Shown here one piece after another: positions 1 through 10,422 of a stretch of DNA of 64,000 nucleotides (position 1 is its first letter; the number at the start of each line of letters is the position of its first letter). The notes below the pieces were generated by a model. The model was not told the origin of the DNA. It searched no databases and worked only from the letters and a program-made list of their open reading frames with translations. The stretch lies in the NCBI GenBank assembly GCA_965216785.1, contig OZ244197.1, positions 506,041-570,040 of the forward strand. The letters are read 5' to 3'. Source of the stretch: Thermodesulfobacteriota bacterium (lineage in GTDB: Bacteria; Desulfobacterota_D; UBA1144; Nemesobacterales; UBA2774). The position numbers and the translations under genes were made by a program.

Positions 1-3000
1 TCCACCTCAACTACGGCTACACCGCCCTCGGTACTCAGGTGAATGTGGATTTGAGATTCACCCGGATAGCTGCTTATAATTTCCCTTGCTTTTAGCATGG
101 TTTCTTTCGTTGTGCCTTCCTTTGGGAAATTTATATGCACTGTGGTGCCGTTCCTCAAATCGCTTAGAGACTTTATATCCGTTGCTCTTAATTTAACCCT
201 GTCCTCCCCGGGCTCGGTCATTCCCTTGATGATTACGGGGTCCACCTTCTCTTCAAGTATAGGCAGCGTCTTTCTCAAAAGATCATTGAAAATAACCACC
301 TCAACGGAGCCTTTAAGGTCCTCGAGAACAAGGTTTCCGAATATGCCGGAGCCGCTCTTTGTGTGCCGTACGTTCAGCGAGCGTACAACTCCGGCGACAG
401 ACACTTCCCGCTTTGTTTTTATGTCGGCAAGCGCTTCCGTATCGGTATTCTTTACGCTCTTACTGAGCTCATGCTCGTATTTAGCCATCGGGTGGCTGGT
501 AACGTAAAACCCCAGCACATCCATCTCGTTTGAGAGAAGTTCCTTCTCTTCCCATGCAGAAATATCGGATAGGGTTGGCAGTGAAACCGAATCGTTCATT
601 GAAAATAAAGAGTGCTGTCCTTCTACAGAGCTCTTTTGCTTTAGAGAAGTGTAGCTAAGAAGCGTCTCGACAGACTCCATCAAGCACGCACGGTGTGCGC
701 CCAGGGAGTCAAAAGCTCCGCTTTTCACCAAGCTCTCGAATGTTCTCCTGTTTAATTTTCTCGCTTCGACTAAATCACAAAAACTGAAGATCGTCTCAAA
801 CTTCCCGCATTCTTCCCTGGCCTTTATAATGGCCTCCACTGTACCCTCACCCACGTTTTTAATAGCAGCCAGACCGAAGCGGATATTCCCGTCTGCTGCC
901 GTAAACTCATCCATGCTCTCGTTAACATCTGGCGCTAGGACCTGAATATTCATATCTTTACATTCTGAAATGCTTGATATGACTTTGTCAGTGTTGCTAG
1001 AATCAACCGACATGAGGGCTGCCATAAACTCCGCCGGGTAATGGGTCTTGAGATAGGCGGTTTGGTATGTGATTAGAGCGTAGGCCGTGCTGTGGCTCTT
1101 GTTAAATGAGTACTCAGCAAACTTCTCCATGGCATCGAATATTTCTTTTGCCTTCTTATCTTTAATACCCTTTTTCTTGGCGCCGTCGAGAAACCTTTTT
1201 CTCTGGGCTTTCATCTCAGCAGGTTTCTTTTTACCCATAGCGCGCCGCAGTAGATCGGCCTCACCCAGGCTGTAATCTGCAACCGCGCTCGCGGTCTGCA
1301 TTATCTGCTCTTGGTATACGAATAGTCCGTATGTGTCTTTTAGTATCTCCTGAAGCTCGGGGAGGGGGTACTCCACCTCCGCGTTCCCGTGCTTACGCTT
1401 TATAAAATCATCTACCATTCCGCTATCCAGCGGGCCCGGACGGTATAGAGCTAACAGGGCAATAATATCCTCAAAAGCCGTTGGGTTGAGCCCCTGGAGG
1501 ACTTCCTTCATTCCCGTAGACTCAATCTGGAATATACCCCTCGTAAGTCCGCTTGAAAGGAGCTTATAAACCTCGGGATCATCGAGTGGAATTTTACGGA
1601 TATCAAAACCTGCGCCTCCGTTCTCCGCGTGATTCTCCTTTATCTGCTTAATCGCTTTATCTATTAGAGTGAGAGTTTTTAGGCCCAGGAAATCGAACTT
1701 TACGAACCCGAGCTCCTCGATCGAGTTCATGTCGTACTGGGTTACGATCTCATCTTTTGAGCCCCGGTAAAGCGGAATATGATCGGCAAGCGGCTCGTTC
1801 GCGATTACTATCCCCGCTGCATGGGTCGAGGAATGACGGACCATGTTCTCAAGCCTCTTCGCAAGCTCGATCATCTCTGACAGCGCTTCTGATTCGTCAA
1901 CCAGCTTCTTAAGCTCTTTTACGCTGTCTATCGCCTTTTCTATGCTGAACACCTTGCCCCTGAACGAGGGGATAAGCTTTGAAACCCTGTCAACGTCCGC
2001 GTATGGGATACCAAGCACCCTGCCCACGTCTTTAACAACTGCCTTTGCGGACATTGTCCCGAACGTGCCTATCTGCGCCACTTTGTCCGCACCGTATTTC
2101 TCTGTTACGTAGCGTATGACCTCGTCCCGGCCCTCGCCACAAAAGTCTATATCTATGTCAGGCATGCTGACTCGCTCGGGGTTTAGAAAACGCTCGAATA
2201 TAAGATCATAGGGGATCGGGTCAACGTCTGTTATACCGAGAACATACGCTACAAGACTCCCCGCCGCGCTCCCCCTGCCGGGGCCTACCGGTATGCCTTT
2301 TGATTTTGCGTAGTTAATAAAATCCGCAACAACAAGGAAGTATCCCGAAAAACCCATCTTCTGAATTATTTCAATCTCGGTGTCGAGCCTTTCTTTATAT
2401 TCCCCGTGTTTTTCTTCGGGGATATTATCTTCCACGAGCTTCTCGCCTAGCTTTTCCGCAGCGAGCTTCGCCATATGCTCATCGAGTGATATGCCTTCCT
2501 CGACTTTATACTCGGGGAACTTGTAACCGTCCACTTCAAAATCAAAGTTACACCTCTTTGCCACTTCTCCGGTTCTATGTATCGCGTCTTCGAAACCCTC
2601 CAGGTCCCCAAGCATCTCGCCCTCTGATTTCAGGTAGTACTGATCGCCCTGAAACTTAAAGCGGTTCTCGTCCTGAAGCGATGAGCCTGTCTGTATGCAT
2701 AGCAGCGCGTCGTGGGGTCTCGTGTCTTCGCGTTTTAAGAAATGGCAGTCGTTCGTGGCCACAATAGGAATGCCGAGTTTATCACTCACCTCTTTTACCT
2801 TCTTATTCACCCTCTTCTGCTCGGGAAGACCCGTGGCTTGTACTTCAAGGTAGTAACGGTCGCCGAAAATCTCCCTGTACCTTGCGGCTACTCCCAAGGC
2901 GGCCTTCATGTCCTTATCGAATATCGCCTTAGAGAGCTCACTGTTAAGACATCCGCTAAGCACGATAAGGCCTTCGTTATGTTTATCAAGTAGCTCGTGA

Positions 3001-3359
3001 TCCACCCGGGGCCTTCGGTAAAATCCGTCAAAATACGCCTTGGTCACAAGCCTGGAGAGGTTTTGATAACCCGTCTTATCCATGGACAGGACTGTTAAAT
3101 GGTGGGTTTTGCCTTCAGCCGGGTTATCTGGGTTTATCTTGGGCGTAATATACATCTCGCAGCCGATAATAGGCTTCACTCCCGACTCTTTGGCTTTCTT
3201 ATAAAAATCGTAAGCACCGAAAAGATTCCCGTGGTCTGTAAGCGCGACGGCCTGCATCCCGAACTCCTTGGCCTGCGGGAAAAGCTCCTCGAACTTAATC
3301 GCGCCGTCTAAGAGCGAGTACTGCGAATGTAGATGTAGGTGGACAAAACCGTTGGACAT
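1..3359 (-). CDS. dnaE: DNA polymerase III alpha subunit (DnaE), N-terminal ~1120 aa; continues beyond window start
   Basis: Minus-strand translation from the ATG at 3357-3359 gives MSNGFVHLHLHSQYSLLDGAIKFEELF...ALTDHGNLFGAYDFYKKA, the PHP-domain N-terminus typical of DnaE. The reading frame stays open to position 1. The ORF track lists only short plus-strand antisense ORFs here. Confidence 0.85.
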   Translation of the reverse strand, partial: MSNGFVHLHLHSQYSLLDGAIKFEELFPQAKEFGMQAVALTDHGNLFGAYDFYKKAKESGVKPIIGCEMYITPKINPDNPAEGKTHHLTVLSMDKTGYQNLSRLVTKAYFDGFYRRPRVDHELLDKHNEGLIVLSGCLNSELSKAIFDKDMKAALGVAARYREIFGDRYYLEVQATGLPEQKRVNKKVKEVSDKLGIPIVATNDCHFLKREDTRPHDALLCIQTGSSLQDENRFKFQGDQYYLKSEGEMLGDLEGFEDAIHRTGEVAKRCNFDFEVDGYKFPEYKVEEGISLDEHMAKLAAEKLGEKLVEDNIPEEKHGEYKERLDTEIEIIQKMGFSGYFLVVADFINYAKSKGIPVGPGRGSAAGSLVAYVLGITDVDPIPYDLIFERFLNPERVSMPDIDIDFCGEGRDEVIRYVTEKYGADKVAQIGTFGTMSAKAVVKDVGRVLGIPYADVDRVSKLIPSFRGKVFSIEKAIDSVKELKKLVDESEALSEMIELAKRLENMVRHSSTHAAGIVIANEPLADHIPLYRGSKDEIVTQYDMNSIEELGFVKFDFLGLKTLTLIDKAIKQIKENHAENGGAGFDIRKIPLDDPEVYKLLSSGLTRGIFQIESTGMKEVLQGLNPTAFEDIIALLALYRPGPLDSGMVDDFIKRKHGNAEVEYPLPELQEILKDTYGLFVYQEQIMQTASAVADYSLGEADLLRRAMGKKKPAEMKAQRKRFLDGAKKKGIKDKKAKEIFDAMEKFAEYSFNKSHSTAYALITYQTAYLKTHYPAEFMAALMSVDSSNTDKVISSISECKDMNIQVLAPDVNESMDEFTAADGNIRFGLAAIKNVGEGTVEAIIKAREECGKFETIFSFCDLVEARKLNRRTFESLVKSGAFDSLGAHRACLMESVETLLSYTSLKQKSSVEGQHSLFSMNDSVSLPTLSDISAWEEKELLSNEMDVLGFYVTSHPMAKYEHELSKSVKNTDTEALADIKTKREVSVAGVVRSLNVRHTKSGSGIFGNLVLEDLKGSVEVVIFNDLLRKTLPILEEKVDPVIIKGMTEPGEDRVKLRATDIKSLSDLRNGTTVHINFPKEGTTKETMLKAREIISSYPGESQIHIHLSTEGGVAVVEV

Positions 3360-3636
3360 TAAGACTAGTATATCCAAGAAGATTCGGAGAGTTCAAGGGT
3401 AGAAAAAACATAATATGTTTCCCGTAACTTAGAGCTGCTAATATTGGCTTATTAATTCTCCTGGTTGAAAACACCCCGCCAAAAAGTATATTAACTTTCT
3501 TAACAAAGTTTTCGTTTGCACTGAGAGCAACAAAGTATTAGACGTATTTAGTATTCAATAAATCTGAAACAGAATGCGATTTAAATAAAATAGACTGTTA
3601 TAATCTCTCTCACATAGAGAGGAGGACCGTATAATC

Positions 3637-4989
3637 ATGGATTCAATATTTTCACTGCTTAATACTATCCCGAGCCCGTTCTCGGATTTCGTAGCCGTAA
3701 TAGCGATTTTCATCGTAATCGCCGTAATTTCATTTGTAATATCCTTCTTTTTTGAGCAAAAGCCCGTAGAAGAGCCGGAGGAGGCTGAAATAGCCGAGCT
3801 GCCTGAAGAAGCTGCCGAAGCGGCACCGGCTGAGCCCGCCCCAGAGACCGGGGAAGGTCTTGAAGAAAAGGTTTTAGAGACAATTGAGGAAGCTCTGCCC
3901 TCTGAACCCGGGCCGGAAGCGGCTATTCCCCCCGAGCCTGTGTCAGCACAGGAGATAATAGATGAAGTACCGCACGCGCCTGAAGCGGAGATTGTCGAAG
4001 CGCCGCCGGAAGAAATAGAAGAAGAGATAGAGGAATTTGAAGAAGAGGACGTGAGCCCGGAGGGGCTGTTCGCGAGACTCCGCTCGGGTCTATCTAAAAC
4101 TCACACAGGCATCTTCGGAAGACTCGGCGGGATGTTATCAAAAAAAGAGATTGATACGGATACCTGGGACGACTTTGAAGAAACTCTCATCATGTCAGAC
4201 CTCGGTGTCCCAACCACTATGAAGCTTCGTGAGAGACTGGAGTCAAAACTCGCGAAGAAGTCCCTTGAAGACGAGGAAACAATAGAGCAGGCTCTTAAAG
4301 AGGAAATACTGGAAATACTAAAAGGCGCTCAGGGGGCGCCTATAAAAGCAGACCGCGAGCCGTTCGTTATTATGGTCGCGGGAGTAAACGGCGTCGGAAA
4401 GACTACTACAATTGGTAAATTGGCTCACAAGCTTAAGCAGGAGAGCAATAACGTCATGGTAGCCGCGGGCGACACATTCAGAGCAGCCGCCATGGAACAG
4501 CTGGAAGTCTGGTCAAAGAGAGTGGGCACCGAGTTTCTTGGGGGCGAGAGCGGCAGAGACCCGTCTTCTGTAGCATTTGACGCCGTAAAAGCGGCCATTT
4601 CAAAAAAAATAGGCATACTAATCATAGACACAGCAGGAAGACTGCATACGAAAGAAAACTTGATGGAAGAGCTTAAGAAAATGAAAAGAGTGGTAGGACG
4701 TGAGCTCGAAGGAGCCCCGCACGAGACTCTTTTAGTGCTGGACGCGACTACGGGCCAGAACGCTATTCAGCAAGCTAAGTTGTTTAACGAGGCGCTCGAT
4801 ATCACGGGTATTGTCCTTACTAAGCTCGACGGCACGGCCAAAGGCGGAGTGATAATCGCGATCGCAGACGAGCTGAATATTCCCGTTAAGTATATCGGCA
4901 TAGGCGAGAGTCTTAGCGATCTAAGAGAATTTAATGCCGAGGAATTTGTAGAGGCGCTCTTTTACTCGGGAAACGAAGCTGTGCATTAA
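3637..4989 (+). CDS. ftsY: Signal recognition particle receptor FtsY, with N-terminal TM helix and long acidic A-domain
   Basis: SRP-GTPase motifs GVNGVGKTTTIGKLA, DTAGRLH and TKLDGTAKGG. N-terminal hydrophobic segment, then an E/P/A-rich acidic region (about 3757-4057). RBS GAGAGGAGGA upstream. Confidence 0.93.
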   Translation: MDSIFSLLNTIPSPFSDFVAVIAIFIVIAVISFVISFFFEQKPVEEPEEAEIAELPEEAAEAAPAEPAPETGEGLEEKVLETIEEALPSEPGPEAAIPPEPVSAQEIIDEVPHAPEAEIVEAPPEEIEEEIEEFEEEDVSPEGLFARLRSGLSKTHTGIFGRLGGMLSKKEIDTDTWDDFEETLIMSDLGVPTTMKLRERLESKLAKKSLEDEETIEQALKEEILEILKGAQGAPIKADREPFVIMVAGVNGVGKTTTIGKLAHKLKQESNNVMVAAGDTFRAAAMEQLEVWSKRVGTEFLGGESGRDPSSVAFDAVKAAISKKIGILIIDTAGRLHTKENLMEELKKMKRVVGRELEGAPHETLLVLDATTGQNAIQQAKLFNEALDITGIVLTKLDGTAKGGVIIAIADELNIPVKYIGIGESLSDLREFNAEEFVEALFYSGNEAVH

Positions 4990-5037
4990 CGCCATTATAT
5001 CGCTCACATACTCTTTGAATTGAAGTTATACAGTTGA

Positions 5038-6150
5038 ATGCCTATAGATAAAGATAAAAAATATATGTCAGCTGCCCTTAAGCTTGCTCTTAAAGCACAA
5101 GGGATGACTAGTCCAAATCCACTTGTAGGGGCCGTACTCGTAAAAAACGGTAAGGTCATCGGTAAGGGGTATCACAAAAGAGCCGGGCTCCCGCACGCTG
5201 AGATAGAAGCATTTGAAGACGCTAGAAAAAAGAGAAACAAGATAGCCGGCTCCACTCTGTATGTTACTCTCGAGCCCTGCTGCCACACCGGAAAAAGAAC
5301 TCCCCCCTGCGTAGGCTCCATCATACAGGAGAAGGTATCAAAAGTAGTAGTCTCATCCCTTGATCCGAACCCCAAAGTGAGCGGTAAGGGCGTATCAAAA
5401 CTCAGGAAAAACGGTATCGAGGTTCTAACGGGTGTACTCGACGAAAAATCCCGGGAGATGAACGAAGCATATATAAAGTACATTACAACCGGGCTGCCGT
5501 TTGTTGTACTTAAGCTTGCGGCTACGCTCGACGGGAAGATCGCCGCGGTCTCGGGAGATTCCAAGTGGATAGGGAGCGAGACACAGAGGAAGTACGCTCA
5601 TATCCTCAGGAGCCGGGCAGACGCCGTAATGGCTGGTATAGAAACCGTGCTGACAGATAACCCAAGCCTGAACGTGAGGCTCACAGGCACTCACAAAGAC
5701 CCTGTGCCTGTCATTCTCGACACAAAGCTCAGGACGCCTCTGTCCTCAAACCTGCTGCGCCTTCACGATGAGCCCGTTATCGTTACAACGCGCCCCGTGG
5801 ATAAGGCTAAGCGTGAGAAGCTCAAGAGTCTGGGCGCAAACGTAATCACTGTGAAAAAGGACAAAAACGGCCGGATTGATATGAGGGAGCTGCTGCGCTG
5901 CCTGGGAGAGCTTCAGTTTACAAGCCTTTTAATCGAGGGAGGAAGCTCGGTCGCGGGACAAGCGCTCAAGAGCGGTATTGTGGATAAAATCACCTTTTTT
6001 TATGCGCCTAAAATTCTTGGCTCGAGCGGGCTCAGCATGATAGGCGATCTTAATATACACAGAGTAATGGATTCTATCGAAGTCCAGGATTTAAGTGTGA
6101 AGAAAATCGGAAGCGAGTTTATGGTAGAAGGGTATTTAGGGAATAAGTAA
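5038..6150 (+). CDS. ribD: Bifunctional riboflavin biosynthesis deaminase/reductase RibD
   Basis: CMP/dCMP-type deaminase zinc motif HAEIEA...LYVTLEPCCHTGKTPPC, followed by a RibD C-terminal reductase domain. Confidence 0.9.
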   Translation: MPIDKDKKYMSAALKLALKAQGMTSPNPLVGAVLVKNGKVIGKGYHKRAGLPHAEIEAFEDARKKRNKIAGSTLYVTLEPCCHTGKRTPPCVGSIIQEKVSKVVVSSLDPNPKVSGKGVSKLRKNGIEVLTGVLDEKSREMNEAYIKYITTGLPFVVLKLAATLDGKIAAVSGDSKWIGSETQRKYAHILRSRADAVMAGIETVLTDNPSLNVRLTGTHKDPVPVILDTKLRTPLSSNLLRLHDEPVIVTTRPVDKAKREKLKSLGANVITVKKDKNGRIDMRELLRCLGELQFTSLLIEGGSSVAGQALKSGIVDKITFFYAPKILGSSGLSMIGDLNIHRVMDSIEVQDLSVKKIGSEFMVEGYLGNK

Positions 6151-6176
6151 CGACCATACAAGACACTTAGTAGACA

Positions 6177-6857
6177 ATGACGAGCCCGGATAATAAAAAG
6201 AAAGTCGGAATTTTCGGAGGCACCTTCGACCCGGTACACCTGGGGCATCTGCGGGCCGCCGAAGAGATTAAGCGCATACTGGGGCTTGAGAAGATTTACT
6301 TTATACCCTCAGCCATTCCCCCGCACAAGAAACATACGGAGACTACCCCTTCAAAAGATAGATTAAATATGCTGGAGGCTGCGCTTGAGCCCTACCCGTA
6401 TTTTGAAATTTCTACATATGAAATAGAAAAAGCTACAACTTCATATACCATAGAGACACTGCAGCATTTTACTTCAAATTACCCGGACATAGAGTTCTAT
6501 TTTATTGTAGGCAGTGAGCTCTTTAATCACATTGAAACATGGAAAAACTATAATGATCTCTTTACGTTAGCGAGCTTTGCAGTGATTGAAAGACCTGGAT
6601 TCCCTGATGAGGGCAAACCATCTCTTCCTATTGCAATTGAGCCCGGTTTTCGATATCATATGAACCGGGACAACGTGACAATATATTCAAACAAATATTC
6701 CAAAGAAGTTGTATTTACACAAATCCACGGCGTCAGGGTTTCTTCCACAGAAATTAGACAAAGAATTAAAGCCGGAGAATCAATAAGTGATTTGGTTCCG
6801 GAAGAAGTCGAGCGCTACATACTAAAGAACCACCTTTACACAGAGGCGTACACTTGA
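6177..6857 (+). CDS. nadD: Nicotinate-nucleotide adenylyltransferase
   Basis: N-terminal GIFGGTFDPVHLGHL nucleotidyltransferase (HxGH) motif. Size 226 aa. Confidence 0.9.
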   Translation: MTSPDNKKKVGIFGGTFDPVHLGHLRAAEEIKRILGLEKIYFIPSAIPPHKKHTETTPSKDRLNMLEAALEPYPYFEISTYEIEKATTSYTIETLQHFTSNYPDIEFYFIVGSELFNHIETWKNYNDLFTLASFAVIERPGFPDEGKPSLPIAIEPGFRYHMNRDNVTIYSNKYSKEVVFTQIHGVRVSSTEIRQRIKAGESISDLVPEEVERYILKNHLYTEAYT

Positions 6858-7258
6858 TAGAAGCTAAAGACAAAGCTCTGTCCATCGCTCGTGCCGCGTG
6901 GGAAAAACACGCGCAGGATCCCGTACTTATTGAGGTAAAATCCTCAAGTGATGTCACCGATTACTTTTTAGTCTGCAGCGCTAACTCGGACAGGGGTGTA
7001 AAAACCATAGTCGAGAGCATAGAGCAAAAGCTAAAAGAGCTTGGTGAGAAGGTGATAGGGATCGAGGGTTATTCTGAAGGTAAGTGGGTACTCATTGATT
7101 CAGCAGACGTAGTTGCCCACATCTTTTATGAACCGTTGAGGGGATTTTACGACATAGAGAGCCTATGGATAGATGCCCCACGCGTCGAACTGCGCTTTGA
7201 AGAGCACACATCAAACGGCCATACCTCCCAAGACCCTACAGAGAGATACGGTTCCTAA
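6854..7258 (+). CDS. rsfS: Ribosomal silencing factor RsfS (Iojap family)
   Basis: DVTDYFLVCSANSDRGVKTIVESI...WVLIDSADVVAHIF is typical of RsfS. TTG start overlaps the nadD stop. nadD-rsfS adjacency is conserved. Confidence 0.8.
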   Translation: MIEAKDKALSIARAAWEKHAQDPVLIEVKSSSDVTDYFLVCSANSDRGVKTIVESIEQKLKELGEKVIGIEGYSEGKWVLIDSADVVAHIFYEPLRGFYDIESLWIDAPRVELRFEEHTSNGHTSQDPTERYGS

Positions 7259-7328
7259 AAAGCTCAAACCTCATAAACTCAGCTTATAAATGTGTTCTTA
7301 GGCCTGTGATTGTTGTCAGCGCCAAGCG

Positions 7329-8411
7329 TTATTGGCCCTCTTTAATACCTCTTCTTCTTATAAAAGCAGGTATCTCAAACTCGTCTTCCGCAACCTCGGT
7401 CGGCACTGATGAAACTATCGTATTCATATTCTGAGCACCTACGGTCTGAATGCCTGTCGCTATCACCGTAAGCTGAACCGACTCTCTGAACTGCTCATTG
7501 AAAACAAGGCCGAATATAAGATTGACGTCTGAATGAGCACGGTCTTTTATATAGTTACAAGCCTGGTTTAACTCTTCGATGCCGAAGTCAGGTGATGCCG
7601 TAACATTGAGAAGTATTCCGGTCGCGCCGTCAATGGAAATATCTTCGAGGAGCGGACTCGTAATAGCAGACTCAGCCGCTTCCACGGCACGGTTCGTGCC
7701 CTCGGCAAAACCGGTGCCCATGAGCGCCTTACCGCCGTTTTCCCCCATTATACTCTTCACATCGGCAAAATCGACGTTTATATATCCGGTTCCCGTAATA
7801 ATATCTGAAATACCGCGCACTGCCTGGAGAAGCACCTCATCCGCCTTCTTAAAAGCATCGAGTATGCTTACCTTATGCACTTCAGCAAGCCTGTCGTTGG
7901 GAATGACAATCAGGGTATCGACTTCTTCTTCAAGCCTCTGAATCCCCTCCAGAGCCTGTTTATTTCTCCTGGGCCCTTCAAATCCAAAAGGTTTGGTCAC
8001 CACTCCAACCGTTAGCGCGCCCGTTTCCTTGGCAGCTTGAGCTATTATTGGGGAAGATCCAGTTCCGGTCCCACCTCCCATACCGGCTGTGACGAAAACC
8101 ATATCGGCGCCTTCGAGCGTCTCTGCTATGAGTGACTGATCCTCAATGGCAGCCTCTCTGCCCAGTACCGGGTTACCACCCGAACCAAGGCCTTTTGTAG
8201 TTCTTGTGCCAATTTGGAGCTTTGTAGGGGCTAGCGATTTTCTCAGGTCCTGAGAGTCGGTATTGGTAACTACAAAATCGACTCCTTCAAGTCCCTTTTC
8301 AATCATCGCATTAACGGCATTGCCGCCAGCGCCTCCGGCTCCGACAACTTTGATTTTAGCCTTTTGCTCAATACCAGTGTCTTCGAGTTCAAAGTTTGCC
8401 ATAATCAACAC
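7329..8411 (-). CDS. ftsZ: Cell division GTPase FtsZ
   Basis: Tubulin signature [21 protein letters not shown]-terminus. Last gene of the dcw cluster. Confidence 0.97.
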   Translation of the reverse strand: MLIMANFELEDTGIEQKAKIKVVGAGGAGGNAVNAMIEKGLEGVDFVVTNTDSQDLRKSLAPTKLQIGTRTTKGLGSGGNPVLGREAAIEDQSLIAETLEGADMVFVTAGMGGGTGTGSSPIIAQAAKETGALTVGVVTKPFGFEGPRRNKQALEGIQRLEEEVDTLIVIPNDRLAEVHKVSILDAFKKADEVLLQAVRGISDIITGTGYINVDFADVKSIMGENGGKALMGTGFAEGTNRAVEAAESAITSPLLEDISIDGATGILLNVTASPDFGIEELNQACNYIKDRAHSDVNLIFGLVFNEQFRESVQLTVIATGIQTVGAQNMNTIVSSVPTEVAEDEFEIPAFIRRRGIKEGQ

Positions 8412-8441
8412 CCTCCTCCATTATATTTTATCCAGTTTAAC

Positions 8442-9674
8442 CTAAAAAAACTCCTGAAACCAGTTTTTCATGCTATCAAATATTTTTTTAAAGACATTCT
8501 CGTCTCTAATCCTTAACTTTTTATCCCCTTTATACTGCGTACCATACAGAACGAGCCCAACTCCGGTTGAATATACCGGGTTTGCAATAATGTCGCTGAG
8601 CCCCCCTACTTCAGTCGGAATACCCATTCTGACAGGCATCTCCAACACCCTTTCGGCAAGCTCAACCGTACCGTTCATTATTACGCTTCCCCCGGTTATT
8701 ACCACTCCGCCCGGGACAAGCTCGTCGTAACCAGATTTTTTTATTTCCCTTTTTGCCAGTGCGAATATTTCGTCCATTCTCGGCTCTATCACCATAGCCA
8801 GGTCTTTTCTTGAAATCTTTCTAAAATGCCGTCCACCCACACTCGGAACTTCAATCGTTTCTTCCGGAGATACGAGCTCAGCGAGCGCGCACCCGTGCTT
8901 TTCCTTAATCTTTCTGGCCTCAGCCAGGGGGGTCGACAGTCCAAGCGCAATGTCTCTGTCTATGTTGTCCCCGCCGAGAGTAACGTTTTCCGTATACCTT
9001 ATGCTGCCGCCAACGAAAATCGCTATGTCGGTAGTGCCGCCGCCGCAGTCAATTAACACGACTCCGATCTCTTTCTCGTCCTCTGTCAGGACAGCCTCGC
9101 TTGAGGCAAGCTGCTCGAGCACCACGTCTGCCACGTCCATTCCCGCGCCGTGTATGCATTTAACCAGATTCTGCGCCGCGGTAACCTGTCCTGTTACAAT
9201 GTGCACCTTTGTCTCCAGCTTAACCCCATATATACCTATTGGATCCTTAATACCCGACTGACCGTCCACAATATATTCCTGAGGAATTACGTGGATGATC
9301 TCTCTGTCAGCCGGTATCAGCACAGCGTTTGCGGACTCTATTACTCTCTCAAGATCCTTATTAGCCACTTCGCGCTCTCGAAGACTAATCATCCCATGGC
9401 CGCTTATCCCCTTTATATGCCCTCCGGCAATACCGACAAAAACCGTCCTTATTTCACACCCGGCCATATGCTCGGCTTCTTCCACCGCGTTTTTAACCGA
9501 CTGTATTGTGTTGTCGATATTTACTACCACTCCCCTCTTAAGACCGAATGAAGGGTATGTGCCTACGCCTACTATCTCCACTTCCTCAGTTTGCGGGTTT
9601 GTCTCGCCAACAATGGCGCATATTTTCGTTGTGCCTATATCCAAGCCGATTATTAAATCCTGCTCTCTACCCAT
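8442..9674 (-). CDS. ftsA: Cell division protein FtsA
   Basis: Actin-like ATPase, IIGLDIGTTKICAIVGE N-terminus. Position between ftsQ and ftsZ. Confidence 0.95.
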   Translation of the reverse strand: MGREQDLIIGLDIGTTKICAIVGETNPQTEEVEIVGVGTYPSFGLKRGVVVNIDNTIQSVKNAVEEAEHMAGCEIRTVFVGIAGGHIKGISGHGMISLREREVANKDLERVIESANAVLIPADREIIHVIPQEYIVDGQSGIKDPIGIYGVKLETKVHIVTGQVTAAQNLVKCIHGAGMDVADVVLEQLASSEAVLTEDEKEIGVVLIDCGGGTTDIAIFVGGSIRYTENVTLGGDNIDRDIALGLSTPLAEARKIKEKHGCALAELVSPEETIEVPSVGGRHFRKISRKDLAMVIEPRMDEIFALAKREIKKSGYDELVPGGVVITGGSVIMNGTVELAERVLEMPVRMGIPTEVGGLSDIIANPVYSTGVGLVLYGTQYKGDKKLRIRDENVFKKIFDSMKNWFQEFF

Positions 9675-10422
9675 CTTGAGCTCCTGAATCTACTGTCGGC
9701 ACCTCAAAATTTACTACTCCCATATCGCTCGAGCTGATGTTTATATAGGCCTGCTTAAGACCTAAATTGTCTGCGTGCTGAATAATACTTTCAAGCTTGC
9801 GCCATTTTCTGTACACGTCGCCCCTGTCGAACACGATATGTCTTCGGTCCGTTGTATATAGATTTATTCCGTAAATATTATCTATATGGATCTCTGATAT
9901 CTCGCTCCAATCGAGAACACTGCTATTTGATGATAAATCCAATATCTGTAAGGCTTCTTTCAATAGATCCGAGTTTTCTATACCATCGCCGATCAGAACA
10001 GGAAAATCAAGGCCTTCATCAAATTTAGCCGTACCGAGTATTTTGCCGGTACTGCTTAAATAGTGCGGACTGCCGTCTGAGCCAAAGACAAGGCAGTAAA
10101 CCTTTTCCTCTTCAATATCAATATGTACCCTCTTGGGAAATTCTTTATGGACCTTGACGCTGTGGATCCAGGGATTTTTCAAGATATCTTTTTCTACCCT
10201 GTCCTCAAAGAAAAAAATGCTGCTCTCACCGAGCCTTAAGCCCGATCTTTGCAGTATTTCTTTCTCTGAAATCTTCTCGTTACCGGCGACTGTTACTTCA
10301 TGCACGGTAAATACCCCGAGGCTGATTGTAATGTACGTGCACACACCAAACACCGCTATTACCAGCAGTACCGTAAGCACCTTGGCCGCCTTTACGAATA
10401 ACGCTTTTCTCTCTTCGCTCAC
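9667..10422 (-). CDS. ftsQ: Cell division protein FtsQ (POTRA domain, single TM)
   Basis: N-terminal TM helix then POTRA-like region (TVHEVTVAGNEKISEKEIL). Overlaps ftsA start by 8 nt. Confidence 0.85.
   Translation of the reverse strand: MSEERKALFVKAAKVLTVLLVIAVFGVCTYITISLGVFTVHEVTVAGNEKISEKEILQRSGLRLGESSIFFFEDRVEKDILKNPWIHSVKVHKEFPKRVHIDIEEEKVYCLVFGSDGSPHYLSSTGKILGTAKFDEGLDFPVLIGDGIENSDLLKEALQILDLSSNSSVLDWSEISEIHIDNIYGINLYTTDRRHIVFDRGDVYRKWRKLESIIQHADNLGLKQAYINISSSDMGVVNFEVPTVDSGAQDG

Noticed and set aside
97-3311. Plus-strand ORFs 97-507, 1087-1275, 1843-2112, 2742-2993, 3099-3311
   Set aside because: Antisense to the continuous dnaE reading frame on the minus strand.
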